Shown here: one piece after another, positions 12,021 to 23,500 of the stretch
Layout: each line of letters opens with the position of its first letter
How positions within the stretch are numbered: position 1 is the stretch's first letter
Source of the DNA: Vicugna vicugna
Lineage: Eukaryota
Direction: 5' to 3'
NCBI GenBank assembly: GCA_013265495.1
Contig: MU057796.1
Coordinates: 62,001-126,000 of the forward strand
DNA length: 64,000 nucleotides
Position numbers and translations under genes: made by a program
Notes under the pieces: generated by a model
Databases searched by the model: none
What the model saw: the letters and a program-made list of their open reading frames with translations, nothing else
What the model was told of the DNA's origin: nothing

Positions 12021-13871
12021 GTAATTGAAGGATATTTTTTTTACCCCATCATCAAGAGCATTAAGAGGAATTGTTCGAAGAAGCTGCTGCTGCTGTCTCC
12101 ATTTAAGAATGCAGATACCCGAATAAGTGAATTACAGCTTTAAATAGTAATCCACCTTTATTTTCAGCGCCTCCATCTCACCAGCATAAGGACTCTGCTG
12201 TCTGAGGGCGTGAGAAAGGGCAGAAAGAGTTAGAGCGTTAAGTATGAGCCGTCCTCCTGGTGTCTGTGAGCGTGGAGCGCCCCTTATTTAGAACAGGATG
12301 GCTTTGAATGGACCATCCTGAGTAAGTTTTTCAGTGAACGTGCCTGCCAGGTTGGCCCGGGCATGAACAGAACTGCCTGGAAGATACTTAAAGGTACACA
12401 GGCCGTGTGACGTGAAGGCAGCAGTCCACGGAGCACGCATGGTCTTTTCTTTACATCATTAGATCTGGCTCCTTTCCCTTTTTGTACTGAGCAGACATGC
12501 TTACATCCTTTCAGTCTTAGAGGCTATTTTTTAACGATTGCTGAGAGATGCTCCCCAAAATTATTATCATCACCACAGCTGACTTCTCGGTCATGGATTG
12601 TAGCCAAATTTAATCTTATCTTCAACTTCAGGGAATAGTCATCTTTTGCCTGATTTCTTTGATTATTTTGTCTTTTAATTTTTAAATGGCAGGAAACAAG
12701 TGGTTTCCATTTTTTAATTAAAATGAGTCTTTCTGCATTAGCATTATTAACTATCAGAGAATGTCCCAACTGATTCAAGTCTGGGAGCTCCCTTGGTTTA
12801 AAGACACAGAATTTCAACCGCATTTTCATTTATGGATTCATCTTTCCTTTTTAAAATGGGTTTCAGATCACTAAAATTACACTTGTAAAGCTGTGACTAA
12901 AATTTGCCAAAATTTAGACACCCAAGATTCTACTGAGAGTTAAGACAGGCTAGAGTGTATACGTGAAGGCCGATCGAGAAAGTGGCAGTGTGATCTTACT
13001 AGGACAGTGAGCCGAGAGAAACTTAAGTCTTCTTGGCATCAGGCAGAAGCAACATGATGTATTTAACAAAAATAAAAGGAAACTTCTCTTTCAAGTGTGT
13101 CATAGTAATTTATGATGACTCTTAAGTAAATACTGGTTCTGGAGGATTTCTAGTCTTTTGTTTCATCAGAAACTCATTCAGAAAATGCACCCACGTTTCA
13201 CAAAGAGATGTGCTACCTCGAGACCCCATGGGCAGGCACGTGGGGTGAGATGGTCAGTGCAATGCTCTGTCTTACCCTCGTGAAGATGGGGCTAGCAGTC
13301 TGATGCATGTGTTGGATTATGTCAGCTGTATCGATGTTGCAAACTGCTTTTGGTCAAAATTTTATAGTTGACAGAAAAGCTCTTATCTCATAGTGTCTCC
13401 TGCCTCCTTTTAGGGTCAGCTAGTTTTAACCATCTTTAAAAGACACTTGCAGAAGAAAAAAGATGCTCATTTGGGGGGGGAAGGGGATAGGCAAAAAAAT
13501 AAAATGTGGAAGTGATAGTTTATGGGAGGGCACCGGATATTCTGAAAGCCTTCTTACCCTGAAGGACTAGATGCAGAGTGAATCAGAGTAGCTTACTTTT
13601 TAGATACATTATTGAGCTTGTAAGGGAGTAAGGGGAGACCCTTAAGGGGCAGAAAGCCTGGACAATAACTTGAAACTGCAGAGGTGTAGGAAAGAGACCA
13701 GGGCTGCCCCAGTGACAGTGCCCATGTAAGGAATCCAATAGCTTAAGTGCCATGGGAAGGAAGAGATGATTGTGCTTGGGGTCTGCATGAAGCTGGAATG
13801 CCAAACTTGAAACACTTCTACAAAGCTAGAAAGTTCAGGGGGACTGCACCTTCCCTGAACATCAGAGCTGG

Positions 13872-13925
13872 AAAAAAAAGAAAGAAAGGAAGGAAGGAAG
13901 GAAGGAAGGAAGAAAGGAAGGAAGA
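13872..13925. repeat. Purine-rich (GAAG)n-like microsatellite
   Basis: aaagaaagaaaggaaggaaggaaggaagg..., seen directly. Confidence 0.9.
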
Positions 13926-14870
13926 TAGATTAGCTTACCACAGAAGGGAGCAGAAGAGGAAATGTCTCTGTTTTTGCTCTTGCTGTGCCAGAAATAGTTG
14001 TCACTATCTCCCCTGAGAATGGGCTACTTGAAGCTTATTTTTGGATGAGGCTGGGGTGTAAATTTATAGTTCTTGCAGGGTCATGGAAATCTTAATGTAA
14101 AAAAATTTAGGTAACATGTTTCCAGATTGGCGGAGCCCTCTGGCACTTGGTAGAGATAAGTGTAAATTGTCAATCTCTGGATAAAAGCATTGACAATCCA
14201 ATTCCCTCAGAATTCCTACAGATGCAGCTTGTATGGGGTTACCATAAAAAAGTAGCTAACACAGAACAAAGCAATCCAAAACTTACCAACCAGGATATAA
14301 CAGAAGCCAAAACACAAAAGTGAGCAGAAATAAGAAAGAGATTTAGATTCCCCTATGCCTAATGACACTAGGGTGCTGAAAACTGCATGTAAAACAAATG
14401 CATGTGAAACATATAAAGAAAAAAAAATGAGCAAGAAAGAAGAGACCATCAAAAATGATCCACAAGATTTGAAAAGGAACCAAACAGAATTACAAGAAAG
14501 AACAAATACTGTCACAATTAAGAACTCAGCGGATAGGTTACATGGAGGATGACACAGCTGCAGAGAGAATTGATGGACAGGAAAATCACAAAGAAGCTAC
14601 CCGGCTTGAAATACAGACAGAAGAGATGAAAAATAGTAAAGAGTGAGATGTAAGGATGATAGAATGAAAAGATCTGACACAGATTAATTAAAGGCAACCA
14701 GAGAGGAAAGTGAGTTCCAATTGACAAGCTAGTTCTACAGTCGTTTGGAGGAGTGAAGGGTCAGAAATAACCAAGTCCTTTCTGAGAAAGAGACAGCATA
14801 GAATAGAAGGGGATGTCTTGCCTTACAGAGACCAAGATCTGTTATAAAGCTATAGTGTTTAAGACAGTGT

Positions 14871-15367
14871 ATACAGTGGAATACTACTCAGCCATAAAAA
14901 TAATAAAATAATGCCATTTGCAGCAACATGGATGGCCCTGGAGAATGTCATTCTAAGTGAAGTAAGCCAGAAAGAGAAAGAAAAATGCCATGTGATATAT
15001 ATCACTCATGGGGAATCTGAAAAAAAAAAAAAAACGACAAACTTATTGACAAAACAGAAACAGACTCACAGACACAGGAAACAAACTTACGGTTATGGGG
15101 TAGGGCAGGGGGAAGAGGGTGGGAAGGGATAAATTGGGAGTTCAAGATTTGCAGATTCTAACTACTGTATATAAAATAGATAACCAACAAGTTTATATTG
15201 TATAGCACAGGGAACTATATTCAATATCTTGTAGTAACTTATGATTAAAAAAGAATATGAAAGTGAATATATGTATGTTCCTATGTGACTGAAGTATTGT
15301 GCTGTACACCAGAAATTGACTCAACATTGTAAACTGACTATACTTCACTAAAAATGTGTTTTTTAAA
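14871..15367 (+). mobile_element. Young 5'-truncated L1 (ORF2 C-terminus + 3'UTR), artiodactyl/camelid type
   Basis: Encodes YTVEYYSAIKNNKIMPFAATWMALENVILSEVSQKEK, the canonical ORF2p C-terminus. The 3'UTR ends tgtaaactgactatacttcactaaaaa. TSD aagacagtgt (14861-14870) / aagacagcgt (15368-15377). Confidence 0.92.
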
Positions 15368-15464
15368 AAGACAGCGTGGTATTAGGGTATTAGTGTACGT
15401 ACAGACACAGAGACCAATGACACAGGGTAGAAAAGCTGTACATAATCCCATGTATATTGGCAAA

Positions 15465-15575
15465 CGAGAGGGGGGGAGAGAGAGAGACAGAGAGGGAGAG
15501 AGGCTCAGAGGCAGAGGGGAGGGAGGGAGGGAAGGAGGAGGAAGGGGAGGAGAAGGGAGGGAAGGGAAGAAAGAA
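15465..15575. repeat. Polypurine GA/GGGA low-complexity tract
   Basis: gagagggggggagagagagagacagagagggagag...gggagggagggagggaaggaggag, seen directly. Confidence 0.9.
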
Positions 15576-15610
15576 ATTAAAAAGAGAAGTGAATATGTTT
15601 ATGACTCCAT

Positions 15611-16243
15611 GCTCGGTGGGAGCTTGCCAAAGAAACTGTCTATAAAGAGGATGTTGCTGAGTGTTCTCCGGCCGCCTGTGTGCATCCAGGTTTGTCACAC
15701 TGTATCACATACATTGTGACAGTAACTATTAATGGAGAGGAGGCTGAAAATTTAAGACCTAAGCCAACACCGGAGGATGGGGAGTTTGTGCCAGTAATTT
15801 CTTTACTAAAGGATGACGTGCTGCTGAAGAGACGTGCTGTTCTGGTTGTTGACGAGCATCGTGAGATGCAGATGTGGATACGGGAAGTGGACACAGGAGT
15901 GTGTTCCTGGGGTCTGGTGGCAGAACATGAGAACATGAAGCTGTTTTAAAGGACTTTCCTATAATGAGAAAGAATATGAAAAGGAATATATGTATGCATA
16001 TGTATGACTGAAACATTATGCTGTACGCCAGAAATTGACACAACATTGTAAACTGACTATACTTTAAATTAAAAATAAAATGACTTTCCCGAAGTTTTAA
16101 AGCCAGAGGACAGTGGTCGCATGTTTTTGTAAATGAGACCACCAGGCTTCCTTCATTAAGACTTTATATTCAGCTTAGTTTAATGTAGATTTGAAATTAA
16201 CTTTTTAATAAGATGAAAGCAACACAGAATGAAAGAAAAAAAA
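15611..16243 (+). pseudogene. NUDT5: 5'-truncated processed pseudogene of NUDT5 (ADP-sugar pyrophosphatase, Nudix hydrolase 5), interrupted by an L1 at 15960-16077
   Basis: The frame from 15611 reads [83 protein letters not shown]...[20 protein letters not shown]. It aligns with recalled human NUDT5 [111 protein letters not shown]. After the L1 the frame resumes ...FPKF* (stop 16098-16100). A NUDT5-like 3'UTR (tttttgtaaatgagaccaccagg...cttagtttaatgtagatttg) and an A-rich tail follow. No introns. Confidence 0.93.
15960..16077 (+). mobile_element. Short young L1 3'UTR insertion
   Basis: Same terminal sequence as 15240-15355 (aaagaatatgaaaaggaatatatgtatg...tgtaaactgactatactt). TSD aaaggactttcc (15948-15959) / aaatgactttcc (16078-16089). 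Confidence 0.9.
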
Positions 16244-17428
16244 AGTGGAGAAGGATTTATCAAAAGGATACTGTTCACAGATGGAAAAGACAGACCACAA
16301 CTGGGAGTTCTCTGGAACATGTCATCACTGACACTGGGTTAGTCTCTAAAATAGACAAAGAAATGATGTGAATAAAGGAAAAATAGGTCAGAGGGATGAA
16401 GAAACATTTCAAAGAAAAGAAAACATGAATGGTTAATAAATGTGAAAAATGATAAGCCTTATTGATAAGCCTTATTAGTAATCAGGGAACTGCAAACTAA
16501 AATCACAGTGACAGCAGGCTGGCAGAATTAAGATTTGGAACAGGAAGGACTCTTTGTGGGCGAGGATGTGGGGCCACAGGAAGTCTTGTGTTCTCATAAT
16601 CTCATTCCCTTCGAAGACCCGGGCCAACGTGTAGAGTGTAGCTTTTCTTGCGTTGTAGCAAACGTAAGAAGAAATTGAACAAAAATGTTACTGTTTTTCT
16701 TAAGAAGCCCCAGATTATCTTTGAAGCCAAACCTTGAACATTAGGACAGACTTGGCTTATATTTTCAAGGGGAAAGAAGTATCTGTGGAGAAAGATCCCC
16801 CACGTACCAGATGACACCAGTTTTGTTGCTGTTGTTATTTGTTTTTTTTCATCCCAACCCCCAAGTTTAGATAATTCACAAGAGAACTTTAAGGAATCGT
16901 CTTCTAAAATGCTGGGGGCTTTTGATTTCTGTTGAGGTTGAAGTTGACAAATTGGTGTACAGAATGAAAAATGAAAACACACAAGGTAACAGTGATTATA
17001 AGAAAAGAAGAGGCATATGCCACTGAAACTCTTTGTGTTTATGATGAGGAGAAATGCCACAAACCCCGATTATCCGCTAGAAGAAGTTGTACCTTGTCAT
17101 AGACCAGTAGGGAAGGATGACAGAACTGGACGAGCACAGTACAGGAGCCATCTGGAGGGGTGACTTCTGGAGCAGCTGAAGAAAGTTGTGGGAGAGGGAA
17201 AAGAAAGAGAATTTTCTCATCTCTCCTTTGACGGAAGCAGACACGAAAAGCTACATCTGGAAGAATGAAATGTAACCGAGGAGTGTTCTTTTTGTTGAGT
17301 ACGATAAAGATTTATGGTAATTTTTAATACCCACGGAGCTGAAACATCCAACCTGGAATGACTGTGTGGATAATACTGTTTAGTTCTTTCAGTGCTTAGT
17401 TTTTGAATAACTTTCAGTATCTGATGAG

Positions 17429-17430
<2 letters not shown>

Positions 17431-17462
<32 letters not shown>

Positions 17463-17519
17463 TTATGTATATATACATGTATGTATACACACATACATAC
17501 ACACACACACACACACAGA
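17431..17519. repeat. Compound (CA)n/(TA)n microsatellite
   Basis: Two (CA)n arrays separated by TA/TG-rich units. Confidence 0.95.
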
Positions 17520-18795
17520 CTCTAATTATCCAAAATCTGTTGATTAAAAATTCTTAATGCTTGAGTTAAACTAAATAGGTTCGTAACTTGATTAGCCAGA
17601 CGTGCTAAAGAAAGTGCTAGAAGTTGCCATTTGTGGGGGAGAAATTTCCCAGCTCCGTTTTGAATACTTGTCCAACTTTATGGCAGGAGACCGGGTCTGA
17701 ATCAATATTTCTGCCTGGAAGTCACATAACCTCAGTGAGAGATTAATGTGGTTACTGTTGGACTCCGTGTTCCTCATCAGCTAAGTATGTGGACTTGTCA
17801 CTCATATTTTGTTTTTAGCTTGTTGCACTGACAGAGAAATCTCTGCGGAATAAAGAACCAGTTTTCTGAGTGTATGAAGCTATATTGCATTTGCATATTC
17901 CCAGGATTTTAAAGAGATGGGTATTTTCCTCGAAACATTATTTATCTGTTAATTTCTATTTGTATGGTCCCGGAAAACATTATTGACAGCTTCTAAAATG
18001 CCTGCCTCTCAATTTGTTGCTGGTGATCGCTAATTCTGTTGATTAAAAACACAAGAAATCGGGGGATTTTTTTTTAAATTAAACAACTTATTTCCAAAAA
18101 GTTTTCTTAAAAATGCTGAGTGAAATTTCTAACTTTTGTTAAAGCCCCTTTGCTTTCTGTATAACATAAAATGTTTATGGAGATACACACTATGCTGATT
18201 TTTTTTAGGTCAGGTAAGTCCTTCCAGTTTTAATTTCTGTTAATTCAGGTTTGTGATTGAGCATGTGTTTTGCACACTTGATTGCTCAAAGATTTATGGT
18301 GGAAAGGAATTCTGAAGTTTATCAAGAAATCACTTGTTTGGTTGGACACATTGACTTCATAAAGACCCCACCCTACAGCCACTGGCTAAAACCTTAAAGA
18401 ACATGGAATTCTTTAGGTAGTGTTCACTTTATGTTGTACATGAAGTAATAATCCTTTTAACAAACAAACAAACAAACAAGCAAACAAAAACTTAATTAAT
18501 TAATTTCTAACAGCAATGGTTGGAAATAACAGTGCCCTGTGATGATGGAGTTAAATAGGTTTGCATCCATATGACCCAATGCTAGGCCACCATTTAAAGG
18601 TGTGTTGTATAAGACTAACGACACTGGAACATTTTCATATTACTAATTTAATAACCAGATTAGGTACCTGTGGTCTGCAAAGCTTTGAACTGATACCTTA
18701 AGTATTAATAGTAGTTTTCTCCGGTGGTAGTAGGATCATCTGTGGTTTTTGAGCCCATACGCTTAAGCACCACACTTTTCTGTCTTGTGCTTTTT

Positions 18796-18874
18796 TTTTT
18801 TTTTTTGGTATATATATTTTTTTATTGAAGTATAGCAAACAGAATCCAACAACACACACAAAAAGGGGAAAATA
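18796..18874 (-). mobile_element. Miniature 5'-inverted (twin-primed) L1 insertion
   Basis: A poly-T/AT tract plus tttattgaagtatag (reverse complement of the young L1 3' tip) is fused to a + strand ORF2 RT-domain piece encoding ANRIQQHTQK (cf. ANRIQQHIKK). Degenerate TSDs tgtcttgtgcttttt (18781-18795) / tgtcttgcacttttt (18875-18889). Confidence 0.7.
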
Positions 18875-20384
18875 TGTCTTGCACTTTTTTGGTGCTGGGT
18901 ACATATTAGCTCTGCTTTTGCATTTGTTGTTTCATTTCTGGTCTTGCATTTCTCATTGTGGAAGAAGATACAAATTGCACGTGGGGGAAACATGTAAGGA
19001 TTGTGACAAATGAATTGAAACGGGGTTCCCACCTATATCATATCCTTAACTATCCACTGACTAAGCATGAAGATTGCATTTTGCAAATCTTGTTGAATGA
19101 TGCAAAATGCATTTTTCTACTTAGGAAGGAAAAGGCACATGTGGGTTGTTTCAGTGATTTTTGCGATTTTTGAAATGCACACTAACTTCCTTCATTTATG
19201 TGTGTGTTTTAAGTTTGGAGTGGACGCAGTGAGCCCAGTATCGCAAACCGTGTGAGCTTCAAGGTCATGCTGACCCTCTTAGGCTAGGCAGCTGGAGTTA
19301 CTGGAGTTTATCTGGAAAAAAAGACCCTATTAATGCAGAATCTCACATACGTGTTTGGAGATCCGAGGGGTCTATGTGAGAATATGGCTTCCAGAACCAG
19401 CCAAGGCATCTGTGAGCTTTGGTGTCACATTTAGGCATCATTGAACTTCTCTGAAGTCCCTTTGAGTGGACTCGATTCTCCCTCACTTTTCAGAAGATGT
19501 GAGAAAAGCACATCCTGGTAATCAGTCCACAGAAAACGCAGTCTTGTCTGGCGTGATCTTCTTCCTGCTCTTCTGAAATTGAGTGTAACTGCCTTCAAAC
19601 AAGTCATAATGGAAACTGTTCTAAAATAACAAAATTATACTCAACATTTCTTATCAAAGAGCCCTGTCAGTCGTAAGAATGTAGCTGATGTAAATTTGCA
19701 TACCCCAGTATATACCCTGTCGCAGATTTTTACACCAATGAATGAACGAATATTTAGGGAAAAAAAATTCTTTTTTTAGTTCATGTGCTTAGTTTCCAGC
19801 GCGTTTATACACACGCATCCTGCGTGGAGGCGAAGCTGGAATCCTTATCGTTACTCTGTGAAGCTAACAGTGGCTTTTCTTTTTATGTTTTACACACTGC
19901 CACACGCACAATATGCACACAGAGCATTGTTTTGTGACATGGATTGTGTGCAGGAGTCTCAGAGATCTATTTGTAGCCTGGCTCTTTCCTAATTGTATCT
20001 TTGGGCATTCCGCTGAACCGTTTGGTATATTTCATCAACTTTAAAACAGGGTTTTGTTAAGAGCCTGCTATTAACACAAAAGCTTGTTTATTAAATGCAG
20101 ATAACATGTCAGAGTTATGCGAATGAGAGGCATTATTCCTTCCTTTTTTAAAATTCTGCTTCCCCAAAGAACACCATTTGAGGCTTTGGAAATAGATCTT
20201 TTTCAATGATGACTCAAAGTTTAATGGTTTGTCTCTCTGCTTCCAGTCCTCTTTTTTCTCCTGGATTTCCTTCGCTCTCCCTTTTATATTTTTCTATTAA
20301 GAAAAATTTCTTAAAAAATTATTAACAAAAGACTCGACTTTGCATCTTATACATTAAAATAAGCATGTGCTTGGCATACACTTA

Positions 20385-20535
20385 TGAATTTTTTAAATTG
20401 TAGTGTAATTGATGTACATTTAATGCATAGATCATTAAGTATACACACATCCCTGAGTTATGACAAACGAGTATATCCAAGTAACCAGCTCCCCAGTCAA
20501 GATACAGAACATCCCCATCACCCTGGAAAGTTTGG
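20385..20535 (-). mobile_element. Old L1 3' end fragment
   Basis: ttttttaaattgtagtgtaattgatgtaca...gtaaccagctccccagtcaagatacagaacatccccatcaccctggaaagtt is a typical antisense L1M 3' end. Confidence 0.75.
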
Positions 20536-23500
20536 CAAGAGCTCATCTACTTTTGGATGTGGTTCACTTCTCCAGATTCTTACTAGGTTTTCTTGCCTTG
20601 AGGCATGTGAATCAACTCTTCATGCTGTCAGTGCCCCTTCCGTGGCTTCCGAGCAGAATTTCTGAATCAACTGCTGTTTCCGTATGAATTTTCTTGTCTT
20701 TTTTTTTTCTTTTCTTTTTCTAATGTCTCTCTCCCCATTTCTAACTGCTCCTAGCAATAGATTTTATGGTTTAGCACCACTGTGAGTCAGCCTCACAAAA
20801 AAAGGTCGTTGAGGGGTTAGGAAGGGTTCCGTATCAGAAATGTTTTAGTGTTGTCTCTGAAATTTATCTTACATTATCTGACCCCTGCCATCCCTCATAA
20901 TTTATGTAGTGTTTGTGTACATAAATGCTCTCTCCCCCTCAAAAAATTGACTAAAATGCCGTAAAAGTCTGGGGTTATTGTCAACGGTAGCAAATTCAGC
21001 TCAACGGCACACCAGCCACTCCTGTGCCATGGAAATATTTTGTTTGTTCAGTTTTTTTCCTCTTGCAAATACATGAGTCTTGATTAGTTCGAAACTCTCC
21101 ACCTTCTATTTTTAGTCACTTATTTGTGATTTTTTTTAAAATTCTTCCTTAGATATAAAAGATGCTCCCGTAAGTAAAGTTTTTAAAGTGCTGTTGGAAG
21201 TTCCCAGCCATCATTTTGTTTTTATTCTTTGAATTGATACCTAAACTAAGACCTTTGGAGTAATAGTTCAGATGAGCATTGCTTATTGGAAACTGTTTTT
21301 AAAAGTATCTAAAATGTGTTTATTCTACCTTCCCTGTATATTTACACCTCTTCGATTTTGCTTTATGAGCAGCCAAAGCATACCGTCACTATTTGCTGTA
21401 AATTGTAGCTTTTAATAACTATGTCTGTTCTGCAGTATTTGTCAGCTTTGAATATTCTGTCAGTAGAAAATAAAAATAGCAGGGAAACTCAGCGGCAGTG
21501 ACACTGAGAATTTATATGCTTATGCTAAAGGAAGGTAAAAAAATATTATCACGAAGGGTGAGCATTTGGCATTTTCCCTTCCAGTAATGTAAGTTTGAAC
21601 TGACTCTTCCTCAAATAAATTTTAGATGAAAAGATGGCCAGATAAATGAATGTTTCGTCATTAAACACAGCGCACCTTTTAACCTAGAAAGAAGAGAATA
21701 AAGAGATTATTTCAGATCATTGATTCAATCATATATGCCTTGTTTGACACTTAAGCTCGAAAAATAAACTTTATAAATACGTAAAAAGAAACATGATAGT
21801 CAGTAGTAAAACCTTTGACGCATATAGCATTTAAATTTTTAAACTCTTTCATAGTAAAAATTCATGTGCAGAAGATCGTCTTGGATATGTGACAATAAAA
21901 AATTAATTTCTCTAATAAAGATGATTGGAGTAAATCAAATCTAAATAAATTCTGCAGTCCACATTTTTATTATAAAATTGTATGTGTCAGTTATAAATAT
22001 TAAAAACATGAGTGAAATATATGTTATGAAAAATTTAGCTGCTTTTGCTTTTCAGACAAAAACATGAAAAGTTTTTCAGGACTCCTTACTGTTAATTTAA
22101 ACTCAATCCTTGCCATTGTGCCTCTTTCCTTCATGGACCTGTCTACTTGTAAGAGTCTCTTCTCAAAAGATACCTTTATCATTATCAATAAAAATAATAG
22201 ACACTTGCGAAGCATCAACCAATTGCCATGTTTGATAAACGTTGACAGCAGGTCAGCAGTGTTTTGAGTGGGAAGAAAGGAGTTGTTAAAATCTTGCTTG
22301 GCTGTGCTCCTGTGTAGTCTTCATTTAAACGTCTCCTGTACCAGAGAAGTGATCAATGAGACTCTGAGCTTGCTAATTCTGCTGTCAACCCGGTGACATG
22401 TCTGAAAATACAGGGAATTTTTAAAATAACCACAGAGAGCTCAAGAGATGGTTTCGGCTTTCACAGAATGGACTTGCCTGCATATTTTAATTTAGTTTTG
22501 TATTAGTGTTATTCCATGATTACAAATTGAGCCTGAGGGAAGGAGCAAATTAATTAATGTCCAAATTAATGAGATAATTGCGTATGTGTAATTTGACAAA
22601 GCACGTTACAAGTGTGTTGTTCCGTGATGAGAATTGCCTGGTCCTAATTCATCCTCTGGAGAGACTAAAATTTGAAAAAGAGTTTTAAATGGCAGGGATG
22701 TGATGTGTTTTGTTTGTTTTTTTTATACAGAAGTCCTAAAATAGTGTTAAACACTATAAAAGTTTTTGATAGTGGCATGTTGGGAGTTGACTTAAGCACT
22801 GTGGGTGTGAATAGGTTTGGTTTTTTTTCCCCAGTAAATATCCTTATGTCTCTTAAAATTTTATTTCAGTCAAGGTTAAGGAGTGATTTCCAGTAAAATT
22901 GGAATGTTAGTCAAATATTAATGATTTGTGAAGACAGTAGTTGCATTTTTTTTCTGCAGAAGATTTTCATATGGAATTCAATGAAGAATTCGGTTGTGTT
23001 CTGTCTACTCTGTTAAAAAACTCACTTGCCTATAAAGAACTTAATAGGGAAGAACAGGCAGAGATACTTCTGTTTGGCATCTTCCCCATCTTGATTTGCA
23101 AGATAGTGTTACAAAGCCTTTGATTTAGTTTTCTTTCTTTTTGTGTCTCTCCCATATAGGAAAGTTAAAAATTTTGTTTACTTTTCCTTCTATTATTAGC
23201 TCTGAGTTTTAAGTACCTCTTAGGATTTACAAAGCTATGTCTAGGGTTCTTTCAGGTACAATATTTCTTTTTAAATAATGATAAAATTCTCCTCTTTTAA
23301 TGTGCTTTTTCTTTTTCATCCTTTTTAATTTTGTTAATTGATTTGGATAAATCAGTTATCCCAGTTGTTTGGATATTGAAGAAATAAGATGGATATCTCA
23401 CAGAAGGAGAGGAATTTAATTCTCAGTTTTCACACATGCTGAGTTGGTGTCTTTGTGATTCACAAGGGCTAGTTATAATCTGCATTTTGTTAGGTTATTT

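Larger units (their letters stand above)
13570..16600 (+). mobile_element. Fragmented ancient L1 (L1ME-like 5' region, ORF1 coiled-coil and ORF2 pieces) hosting three later insertions
   Basis: ORF 14355..14552 (DLKRNQTELQERTNTVTIKNSADRL) resembles the ORF1p coiled coil. ORF2-like text at 14720-14870, 15370-15450, 15585-15607 and 16244-16600 (e.g. tataaagctatagtgtttaagacagtg; ttagtaatcagggaactgcaaactaaaatcacagtga). Confidence 0.7.

Noticed and set aside
15680..15949. Intact 89-aa NUDT5-like CDS from the ORF track
   Set aside because: It starts at GTG, lacks the N-terminal half and a functional Nudix box, is intronless, has a premature stop and is interrupted by L1. Annotated as a pseudogene.
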